DNA from: a virus
Strand: one strand, 5' to 3'
Virus record (IMG/VR): IMGVR_UViG_3300008110_000025
Location: 1-64,000 of that record
DNA: 64,000 nucleotides
The notes beneath the pieces were generated by a model. It was not told the DNA's origin, searched no databases, and worked only from the letters and a program-made list of their open reading frames with translations. This document shows, one piece after another, positions 1 to 6,875 of this stretch; the first letter of the stretch is position 1, and every line of letters starts with the position of its first letter. Position numbers and translations under genes: made by a program.

Positions 1-4
1 AAGA

Positions 5-184
5 TTAAAAGTGAATATAAATTGGATTACGTGTTAATTCGAAGAGCCTTCCACTGACAGTGAGACGTTTCTTTAGGTTTGATTTCATCCCTGTGTCATC
101 TGATGGCTCTTCTGATAGAAGTCTTCTACGTTCTACACGTAGATTGATAACTTCTATTTGTTGATCTAAGGTTAGTTCTTCCAT
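5..184 (-). CDS. hypothetical protein (59 aa, MEELTLDQQIEVINLRVERR...)
   Basis: Translated by hand: ATG at 184, TAA at 7-5, A-rich upstream region; below the ORF-track cutoff. Confidence 0.6.
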   Translation of the reverse strand: MEELTLDQQIEVINLRVERRRLLSEEPSDDTGMKSNLKKRLTVSGRLFELTRNPIYIHF

Positions 185-186
185 AG

Positions 187-279
187 TTAATAATTAGAAT
201 TGTTTTTAGTTTGTTTGTAAAGATCATAGATAGCATGTGCTAACAAGCACCCTACTATTGTTAGAAATAAGGTAAACAT
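187..279 (-). CDS. putative small membrane peptide (30 aa, MFTLFLTIVGCLLAHAIYDLYKQTKNNSNY)
   Basis: Translated by hand; hydrophobic N-terminus; fills the gap between tRNA-Arg and the next ORF. Confidence 0.4.
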   Translation of the reverse strand: MFTLFLTIVGCLLAHAIYDLYKQTKNNSNY

Positions 280-299
280 GGTTAATAAAATTTGATTAG

Positions 300-373
300 T
301 ACCCCCATCAGGATTCGAACCTGAGGCCCACAGATTAGAAATCTGTTGCTCTATCCAACTGAGCTATGGAGGC
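300..373 (-). tRNA. tRNA-Arg, anticodon UCU
   Basis: Reverse complement folds to a canonical cloverleaf: GCCTCCA/TGGGGGT acceptor, GCTC/GAGC D stem, ACAGA-TT-TCT-AA-TCTGT anticodon arm, TCAGG-TTCGAAT-CCTGA T arm; no encoded CCA. Confidence 0.95.
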
Positions 374-378
374 ATTTG

Positions 379-471
379 TAGTCAGGACAGGACTCGAACC
401 TGTAAAAAGGTAGGCTATGTACACTTGCCGTTTGAAGAACACTTGCAATTACTCATTTCTGCCACCTGACT
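379..471 (-). ncRNA. tRNA-like RNA (93 nt) with degenerate anticodon arm
   Basis: Perfect AGTCAGG/CCTGACT acceptor, GCAG/TTGC D stem and ACAGG-TTCGAGT-CCTGT T arm; the central ~40 nt give at most 3 bp of anticodon stem. Confidence 0.75.
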
Positions 472-473
472 AA

Positions 474-506
474 AAATAGAAGAGGGGGAGTCAGCTACAC
501 CCCCCT
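474..506 (-). terminator. putative intrinsic terminator / processing hairpin
   Basis: Minus strand AGGGGG-(GTGTAGCTGACT)-CCCCCT followed by CTTCTATTTTT, immediately 5' of the tRNA-like RNA. Confidence 0.5.
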
Positions 507-565
507 GTTGAATTACTGGTCAGACTTAAAAGTTACTCGAGTCGTTTTAAATCCAAGGTTTCTGT

Positions 566-862
566 TCACTCTTCTAAATTTTCAAAGTTATTATTCTCAT
601 CTATATCTGATATCTTAAGTCCCCACATGAGATCAAACCATTGATACTCTGTGTCAGCCTTGTAGTAGCTAGACTTAAGCTCTCTCTTTAGATAACGAAT
701 AGCATAATCCTTGAATGCATTTGATTGTTCTTGAGTCATTGTAAACTCGTGATACCACTCATCTTTACGATCTACTATATCATCGTAAGTCTGTGGTATA
801 TGAGCATACTCAAACATCTTGTTAATCAAATGCTTTACTATTTTCTGTGCATCTACTCTCAT
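566..862 (-). CDS. hypothetical protein
   Basis: 98-aa ORF, translationally coupled to its neighbours. Confidence 0.8.
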   Translation of the reverse strand: MRVDAQKIVKHLINKMFEYAHIPQTYDDIVDRKDEWYHEFTMTQEQSNAFKDYAIRYLKRELKSSYYKADTEYQWFDLMWGLKISDIDENNNFENLEE

Positions 863-1140
863 TGATCATCCCTCCAATCATCTGCATGATCATCTAAATA
901 ACACTGTCTACATAGACTACTTTCATCATGTACTTTTTGATAGCACTCATCATAGAAATCATCTTCTGTCATGTGCTCATCTGGATTAGCAATAGATTTA
1001 TTAGCCTCTTCAGCTTTTGATGCTGCCATGCTTCTTGCAATATCCCCCATTTCTGCAGTATCACAGTATGGACAGTACTCATGTAGCTGATTCCAGGGTG
1101 CTTTTGGGTCATGTTCTGCCCCTAATGGATAATTACTCAT
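859..1140 (-). CDS. hypothetical protein, putative Zn-binding (CxxC ... CxxC)
   Basis: MSNYPLGAEHDPKAPWNQ N-terminus typical of Bacteroidota phage small proteins; CPYC and CRQC motifs. Confidence 0.8.
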   Translation of the reverse strand: MSNYPLGAEHDPKAPWNQLHEYCPYCDTAEMGDIARSMAASKAEEANKSIANPDEHMTEDDFYDECYQKVHDESSLCRQCYLDDHADDWRDDQ

Positions 1141-1483
1141 GTTCTTGTAGTTTTTGATTTAGTAATGTGTCTAATTTACCTTCGTTGTATAGTTGTAATA
1201 ACAGGACAATATCAGGGAGTTTATAGTAATCTAACTCAGCTATTAGTTTAGCAAACTTGTCCATTGTCTCTGTTACCAAAGGCATTTGAACTCCGTCTGC
1301 ATCCCACATAGCCATGATAGTTTTACCATGCTCCTTAACAATAGTATCAACAGTTTGCTTTAATGATTGCTTAGTTCTGTGATTATAAAACCACTTGATA
1401 CTTTCGCAATTATCTGATGCATACACTGATACCTGTAACCACATTAATAGATTAAGTACTTTGATTTGCTCTTCTTGTGTCAT
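1133..1483 (-). CDS. hypothetical protein
   Basis: 116-aa ORF directly downstream of the polymerase. Confidence 0.8.
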   Translation of the reverse strand: MTQEEQIKVLNLLMWLQVSVYASDNCESIKWFYNHRTKQSLKQTVDTIVKEHGKTIMAMWDADGVQMPLVTETMDKFAKLIAELDYYKLPDIVLLLQLYNEGKLDTLLNQKLQEHE

Positions 1484-1484
1484 G

Positions 1485-3392
1485 TTACTTACTCCACACT
1501 TTAGTTATTGATGTCTCTGCTTTTAGTAGTCCGTTACGTATGATTTTATTAGCAGCTCTCTCCATCTCCTCAGTCATATAGATCTTCCATTCCTCTGCAA
1601 AATACTCAGGGCAAATGGTGTCTATCTGATCGTGAACAGTCATTACTATCTTAACAGGATAATTATGTTTCTTGATTCTTTTATAAAGATATACAAGTGC
1701 TAATTTAGTCATATCTGCTGAACTACCCTGAATTGGGGTATTCTTAGATGCTCTCTCAATAGATCCAAGCTCCATAAAGCTGTCTCTATCTCCGTACATT
1801 TTTGGGGTCCAGCTGTCAAACCATCTCTTCCTATAGAATGGGAAGAACGTAGTAACAAACCCGTACCTCTTTCCAAACTCTCCCTGATCCTCAAGGAATC
1901 TTTTAATAGCAGGGAAAGCTTTGAAATACTTATCAATCAAATCCTTTGCTTCAGTCATTGAACAGTTAATAGTCTCACTAAGTTTCTTAGGCCCCATTCC
2001 ATAAGCCAATCCAAAGTTGATTGTCTTAACCTGTGTCCTAAGCTTCTTGTGTTCCTTGCATTCACACTTCTGTGTATACTGATAGTAAGTACAACCATCT
2101 TCTGCTGCATTCTTCCACACTGGTCCGAATACTAACTCAGCACATACAGAGTGTAAGTCTTCATTATTACGTAGTGACTTGAGGAATACAGGATCTCCAG
2201 AACCGTAAGCAATTACATTCAACTCTTGGCTTGAGTAATCAGAGGATACAAACACCCATCCATGTGGAGCAACAAAACAATTACGATACTCATTAGTTGC
2301 TGGTATCTGTTGCATATTAGGTTCACTAGATGACACACGACCTGTGTCTAGTATCTGTTGAAAGTTAGTATGCACCTTACCATCACAACTAATGTAGCTG
2401 TTAAAGTTTGTTCCAAATGCTGATGCTAGTTTACTCTTCTCCTTGTACTTGATGTACTCATCAATCAATGGATGCTTATAACGATAAGGAGCTAGCTTCT
2501 TACCATTTACATCCTCAATCTTAGGGAATAAAGTCTGGAATATCTTAAGCACTTGGCTTGGGCTGTCCCAGTTAACTGTTGAATCCTTTAACTCTGACTC
2601 ATCTAAGAATAAGTCTAGTTGTTTCTTCGCTCTGTACATTTCGAACTCTGAATAGGATAAAAGGCTCGTGTCTAATTGTTTCCCTAAAAGGAAACTTTCT
2701 TGCTTATTCCTATCAGCTAGCTTCTTCCATTGAATGGTGTCAATCTCTAGCCCATTGTACTCAATCTCAGAGAATACAACAACAGCTTGATTCTCGAGTT
2801 TAGCTACATTGCTTAGAGTCTGAAGTTGTAATAGATCTACTTGTTGAAAGTAAATGTCTATTAGATACTCAACGTCCTTAGCACCATAGATAATTTGAGA
2901 GTCATCAAATGGAGTTGATGATGTTTGAGTAAACCTATTACGCACAGACTTATCTAACTCTTTATCAAGATATCTCTTGACAAGCTTAGCCAGTCCAAAT
3001 CCGTAATCAGTTTTCCCACAGTGTAAAATCTTTTCGCATAGGTATGTATCATGAATGTTTACAGTATCTATCTTAAGATAATGCTTAATGAACTTGTAAT
3101 CAAACTTTGCATTGTGGAATACTTTTACGATATCCTCATTGTTTAATACTCTGTTCAATTGCACCTGATCTGCATAAGTTAGATCTCTACAATCAATTAC
3201 ATACTGACGCTCTGCATCACCGATTTGCAGCATAAGTAGTTTCTTACATGTAAAATCAAATCCTTCTGTCTCTGTATCTACGCCTAATACCTTACTGGTT
3301 AGTAGATCTTCAACAGCTTCTTCAATTGTACATGATTTAAAACTACTCGCTATCAGTGCTTGGTTCTTGCTGATAAAGAAAATGTTGTTCAT
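1485..3392 (-). CDS. polA: DNA polymerase family A (3'-5' exonuclease + polymerase domains)
   Basis: ExoI DTET, ExoII HNAKFD, ExoIII YGAKD; TGRVSSSEPNMQQIP; motif A DYSSQEL; motif B RTQVKTINFGLAYG; NTPIQGSSAD; motif C VHDQ. Start placed at MNNIFF (the track starts at 3407). Confidence 0.96.
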   Translation of the reverse strand: MNNIFFISKNQALIASSFKSCTIEEAVEDLLTSKVLGVDTETEGFDFTCKKLLMLQIGDAERQYVIDCRDLTYADQVQLNRVLNNEDIVKVFHNAKFDYKFIKHYLKIDTVNIHDTYLCEKILHCGKTDYGFGLAKLVKRYLDKELDKSVRNRFTQTSSTPFDDSQIIYGAKDVEYLIDIYFQQVDLLQLQTLSNVAKLENQAVVVFSEIEYNGLEIDTIQWKKLADRNKQESFLLGKQLDTSLLSYSEFEMYRAKKQLDLFLDESELKDSTVNWDSPSQVLKIFQTLFPKIEDVNGKKLAPYRYKHPLIDEYIKYKEKSKLASAFGTNFNSYISCDGKVHTNFQQILDTGRVSSSEPNMQQIPATNEYRNCFVAPHGWVFVSSDYSSQELNVIAYGSGDPVFLKSLRNNEDLHSVCAELVFGPVWKNAAEDGCTYYQYTQKCECKEHKKLRTQVKTINFGLAYGMGPKKLSETINCSMTEAKDLIDKYFKAFPAIKRFLEDQGEFGKRYGFVTTFFPFYRKRWFDSWTPKMYGDRDSFMELGSIERASKNTPIQGSSADMTKLALVYLYKRIKKHNYPVKIVMTVHDQIDTICPEYFAEEWKIYMTEEMERAANKIIRNGLLKAETSITKVWSK

Positions 3393-3576
3393 GTTGTTGT
3401 TGTGCAATTTTGTGGTAAATATAAGCCATCACATTGGCAGCAAATTCTACGTCATATGATGCATTACCAAACTGGAAGTGTTTCTCTCCACGTTCAGCAG
3501 CCATCATAGCTTGTAGTTCAAAGGCTTGATAAGTCCCAGACTCCATCAAGTCAAATACTAATTTCATTCTCGACAT
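3343..3576 (-). CDS. hypothetical protein (probable start MSRMKLVF)
   Basis: ATG at 3576 preceded by an A-rich leader; the track's upstream extension to 3678 runs through a structured noncoding element. Confidence 0.7.
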   Translation of the reverse strand: MSRMKLVFDLMESGTYQAFELQAMMAAERGEKHFQFGNASYDVEFAANVMAYIYHKIAQQQHEQHFLYQQEPSTDSE

Positions 3577-3600
3577 ACAGTTATTGATTTTTAATTGTTT

Positions 3601-3730
3601 CGTAACTAGTAACAAACGGACAGTGTCCCTTGTTTTCTCTTGATTATATACCAGAGAACAGACAGCAGGTAACCCCAAACCTGCTATAGTCTATTCAATG
3701 GTTATTCGTAAGTACACAATGATAGGGTTT
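3601..3730 (-). promoter_or_regulatory. structured intergenic RNA element (hairpin with possible pseudoknot)
   Basis: GAATAGAC/GTCTGTTC plus AGCAGGT/ACCTGCT helix; loop GGGGTT is complementary to upstream AACCCT. Confidence 0.45.
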
Positions 3731-3733
3731 TTG

Positions 3734-3814
3734 AAATCAGGATGGGATTCGAACCCATACCTCTGCAAGAGTTCAACGGAACTTGCAGTGCTCTACCAGT
3801 TGAGCTACCTGATT
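3734..3814 (-). ncRNA. tRNA-like RNA (81 nt) with elongated anticodon arm and no 7-nt anticodon loop
   Basis: AATCAGG/CCTGATT acceptor, TA-GCTC-AACTGGTA-GAGC D arm, ATGGG-TTCGAAT-CCCAT T arm; anticodon arm reads CTGCA-AGTTC-CGTT-GAACT-CT-TGCAG. Confidence 0.85.
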
Positions 3815-3827
3815 TACTCAGCTATGA

Positions 3828-4433
3828 TTAGCTGAAGAACGGACTAGAGTCAAAGCTCTTACCAGCAGGAATGCCAGTAGATACGTTTGACTTAACAGCA
3901 TCAGGCTCAAGGAAGTCATGATTAGCTTTGTTAAACACTACACGAGTGTTAGCAAAGATGTACATGCCCTTGTGAGTGATGAAGTCTCCATCTTTACCAC
4001 GACGTTTAGCCGCAGTTTCGATGTTGCTTGCCTGCCAATCTGTAGGAGTTACAGTCTCGAAAACTTCTACTTTCATTGGGAAGGCTTCACCATTGATGTG
4101 AGCTACTGGATTGATGACATTCAATGGGAGAATCTCACGTCCCATTTGGTCAACCTCCCAATCAGCATCATCCATCAGGTTGATGTTGAGATAAACTGAA
4201 GCATCCTTAGCTTCAGCAGTAAGCCAAGCACGACGAGCACCATTACCTTGTGAGAAACGGTCGTCTGACTTGTTAAAGATAGCAAGTGGGTTTGCTGCAG
4301 TAGACTGTGTTTTGACAATCTCAGCAAATTCCAATTGAATCTTACCTCCATTAACCTTACGAGCTTGGAGTAAAAGGGTTTGACCCACTTGCAATCCCTG
4401 CAATGAGCCACTGTTGATTGTGTTGTTCATCAT
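3828..4433 (-). CDS. hypothetical protein, possibly ssDNA-binding
   Basis: 201 aa, codon usage like the highly expressed capsid gene (CGT, GCT, AAC), beta-rich, flexible tail ending DSSPFFS; the SSB role is inference only. Confidence 0.8.
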   Translation of the reverse strand: MMNNTINSGSLQGLQVGQTLLLQARKVNGGKIQLEFAEIVKTQSTAANPLAIFNKSDDRFSQGNGARRAWLTAEAKDASVYLNINLMDDADWEVDQMGREILPLNVINPVAHINGEAFPMKVEVFETVTPTDWQASNIETAAKRRGKDGDFITHKGMYIFANTRVVFNKANHDFLEPDAVKSNVSTGIPAGKSFDSSPFFS

Positions 4434-4473
4434 GATTTTGATGATTAAATAATAAATTAAATGAATGAATTGA

Positions 4474-4536
4474 TTTTACCACTCTGCATTAAAGGGCTTG
4501 TGACCTTCAGTTGTTACACTGGCTGCATTAGTAAAA
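4474..4536 (-). ncRNA. twister ribozyme, type P1
   Basis: UUUUAC-U^AA-UGCA-GC-CAGU(GUAACA)ACUG-AAGG-UCACAAGC-CCUU-UAA-UGCA-GA-GUG-GUAAAA: P1, P2, P3 and P4 helices, both pseudoknots (CAC/GUG, GC/GC) and the conserved UAA, GC, AAGC and GA nucleotides are all present. Confidence 0.9.
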
Positions 4537-4551
4537 GGGGACTAAGCCCCT
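4533..4551 (-). terminator. weak intrinsic terminator-like hairpin overlapping the twister P1
   Basis: AGGGG-CTTAGT-CCCCT-TTT; the stop codon of the upstream gene lies in the loop. Confidence 0.5.
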
Positions 4552-4961
4552 GTAAACATTCTAACTAGATCAGCATGATCGTCATTAGTTTGTGGATCAA
4601 TCTTAGGAAGCTCAGGCATCCCAAGTTGTTTAGCTGAATAGACATAGTGATCTATATAACCCCATCCATTACTTAGATTATATGTAGTCTTTACATATTC
4701 TTCTAAGGCTTTCTCGATATCTCTATCCCAAGCATTATGGAGTTTACGATACTCATGTAATGTCAGACCATCGAGTCTAGGAGTATAGCCCATGTCAAAC
4801 CATGAGCTATATCCTGTACTAACTCGCACTTTCTCAGCAACAAATGTGATGATAGGAAACGGTATTGTTTCTTCTATCTCAACTCTCTTGATGTAGGTAA
4901 GTGTCTTCATATTAGTAGCTGATTCTATCTGATTCATCACCATCGAAATAAGTGCACTCAT
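4542..4961 (-). CDS. hypothetical protein
   Basis: 139-aa ORF; the true start may be the downstream MKTLTY. Confidence 0.7.
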   Translation of the reverse strand: MSALISMVMNQIESATNMKTLTYIKRVEIEETIPFPIITFVAEKVRVSTGYSSWFDMGYTPRLDGLTLHEYRKLHNAWDRDIEKALEEYVKTTYNLSNGWGYIDHYVYSAKQLGMPELPKIDPQTNDDHADLVRMFTGA

Positions 4962-5460
4962 CAGGTGTAACTAACTTGAATAGATAGTGATTACCTTTAG
5001 AAGATATCAAATGGTATGTATTCGGCATGCATGAATTAACAGCAGCTACAACATCCCACCATCTGAGATCACCCCATCTTTCTGCTAACCCACCATACTC
5101 TTCATATGATACTATCTTACCATCAGCAGTAGCTTCGAATACATATGTCTCGCAAGCATCATCACTGATAGATGCAATGATGTATTCTGGTACATTAGGA
5201 CGTTCACGATACTGACGATACTCTGAGTCATCATCTGGATTAGCATCCTCATTGACCATATCAATGAACCACTCAGGTGTAGATTCTTCAGGAATGATGC
5301 ATTCTTCCTCTATTACTTTATACTTAGAGGGATCCATACCTAATCCAATGGAGTGATCTATCTCTGCCCACTCTCCGTGATGATCTTTGTACATCACTGT
5401 CTTGCCTTCAATCCATGCAATATATACAGGGAGAAGTTCTTTAGCTCTTTCTCTTGTCAT
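4912..5460 (-). CDS. hypothetical protein (probable start MTRERAKELLP)
   Basis: ATG at 5460 with an A-rich leader; MTRExAKELLPxxxAWxEGK is a common phage N-terminal segment. Confidence 0.75.
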   Translation of the reverse strand: MTRERAKELLPVYIAWIEGKTVMYKDHHGEWAEIDHSIGLGMDPSKYKVIEEECIIPEESTPEWFIDMVNEDANPDDDSEYRQYRERPNVPEYIIASISDDACETYVFEATADGKIVSYEEYGGLAERWGDLRWWDVVAAVNSCMPNTYHLISSKGNHYLFKLVTPDECTYFDGDESDRISY

Positions 5461-5553
5461 GATTTTATATGTGTTTGTTATTGATTTAAAAGTAAATAAC
5501 GGTTTAAGCCTCACCGTCAAGCCACTATTGTATGAAGTCCAATAGTTAAAGTC

Positions 5554-5748
5554 CTATCTATTCCACCCACAACCACCATTGTCTTGTTTGACAAAGTTGT
5601 GATTGTGTGTAGATCTTAAATGATCTTGATAATAGCTACTTTTATTAGTAGCACAAGATGACATTAGTATTATCACTAGGATAATACCTAAGATAACAAG
5701 TGCAAAGCTTGTTAAATCTTCAGCAAATTTAGTCTTAGTATTTCTCAT
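5554..5748 (-). CDS. putative small lipoprotein
   Basis: Basic N-terminus, hydrophobic stretch, LMSSC lipobox-like motif. Confidence 0.7.
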   Translation of the reverse strand: MRNTKTKFAEDLTSFALVILGIILVIILMSSCATNKSSYYQDHLRSTHNHNFVKQDNGGCGWNR

Positions 5749-5760
5749 AGTGTTATATTA

Positions 5761-6027
5761 TTAGAACTTGAGAGTTTGATTAAGACTAATACGTTTACGT
5801 TCAGCACGTTCTTCCATCTCCATGCTATATACTACAACGTATATGATGGTGATGATTACAGTTGCAAAGCCCATCCCGAATTGATAGTCACCACTCATGA
5901 TATCCATGAAGTAATGATGGAGGTTAAGCATGATTGCTGCATGTAATACAGCAGGAGTAATGAATGTAACGGTAGCAACTACTGCAATCTGAGTAATTAC
6001 TTTGATGAAATTAAGTGTGTAATTCAT
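5761..6027 (-). CDS. membrane protein (2 predicted TM helices)
   Basis: Two long hydrophobic segments in 88 aa. Confidence 0.75.
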   Translation of the reverse strand: MNYTLNFIKVITQIAVVATVTFITPAVLHAAIMLNLHHYFMDIMSGDYQFGMGFATVIITIIYVVVYSMEMEERAERKRISLNQTLKF

Positions 6028-6029
6028 GA

Positions 6030-6064
6030 TGATTTAAGTTATTGATATTGATTTAAGTTATTGA
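6030..6064. repeat. 16-bp direct repeat TGATTTAAGTTATTGA x2 (period 19)
   Basis: Exact copies at 6030-6045 and 6049-6064, just upstream of the start codon at 6027. Confidence 0.8.
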
Positions 6065-6338
6065 ATACAAGAGTAACACTTTAAGCATCAGTGAGAAGCA
6101 GCTATACATATGATACATTTATAGTATGTATTCAATGTGTATTACTATAGGTTATAGCTATACCTTATCTATGCCTATGTTAAGCAAGCATAAGATGATG
6201 AAGTGTGATACCATGTTATATAACTAATTAGATAGTCATCATGATACCACACTTAATGGATGTGAGAGTATTGGCAATCAATCTCTCCAACACACATAAT
6301 AATTTATTAGTAACGAGTAACAACACGAGAATTAAACC

Positions 6339-6368
6339 AAAAAAAGGGGACGAATGTCCCCTCTTTTT
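6339..6368. terminator. bidirectional intrinsic terminator
   Basis: A7-GGGGAC-GAAT-GTCCCC-TC-T5. Confidence 0.85.
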
Positions 6369-6378
6369 AAACGAATGA

Positions 6379-6678
6379 TTACTTCTCTTCGTTTGTGATG
6401 ATGCCCTGTTTACGGGCAGCTTCAACAATCATCTTAAACTTAGGATGTTTGTTGTGAACAAAACGAATCATTTGAGTTTCGTTTGTAAATTGTTCATCGA
6501 GGGATGCAAATCCCACGAATACAACTTTACCGTCAATGACTTCGATTTCATCGTTGTCTTTGAGTACATCACGAGTAGAGAGGATAATACCTGAAAGTTT
6601 ATTCTCCTTGAAACAAAGTGATGCGGAAGCAGCAGCAACCATGTTGCTTGCTTGTTGAACTGGTGTTTTCTTGCTCAT
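6379..6678 (-). CDS. hypothetical protein, first gene of the leftward arm (probable start MSKKTPVQ)
   Basis: ATG at 6678 after an AAACACA leader; followed by its own terminator. Confidence 0.75.
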   Translation of the reverse strand: MSKKTPVQQASNMVAAASASLCFKENKLSGIILSTRDVLKDNDEIEVIDGKVVFVGFASLDEQFTNETQMIRFVHNKHPKFKMIVEAARKQGIITNEEK

Positions 6679-6849
6679 TGTGTTTGAGTTTATGAAGTTT
6701 ACGAATAAATTATTATGGGGGATATACTTATCCTCCAAAACTTAGCGGGGGTCTTTGAATACGTAGGATCTCACTATCAAAAAATTTCCCCAGTTAAAAA
6801 AATTTTATGTCAAGTTTTCTGTGCAGTTAACTCGTAACATTTTTCACAT

Positions 6850-6857
6850 TAGATTTG
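6850..6857 (+). promoter_or_regulatory. Bacteroidota -7 promoter box TAGATTTG
   Basis: Matches TAnnTTTG, 18 nt before the ATG at 6876. Confidence 0.55.
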
Positions 6858-6875
6858 TTACAAAATTCTAACTAA

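Noticed and set aside
425-445. CUUCAAA in the tRNA-like RNA read as a UCA (Sec/opal suppressor) anticodon loop
   Set aside because: The flanks (GUGUU/CGGCA) do not pair, there is no Sec-type D arm or G73, and no ORFs need TGA read-through
3600-3733. Theta (HDV-like) ribozyme 3' of the tRNA-like element
   Set aside because: No G-initiated P1 at the tRNA 3' end and no HDV nested double pseudoknot could be built
6228-6428. 66-aa minus-strand ORF
   Set aside because: Overlaps the upstream gene, crosses a strong terminator and lacks an ATG start
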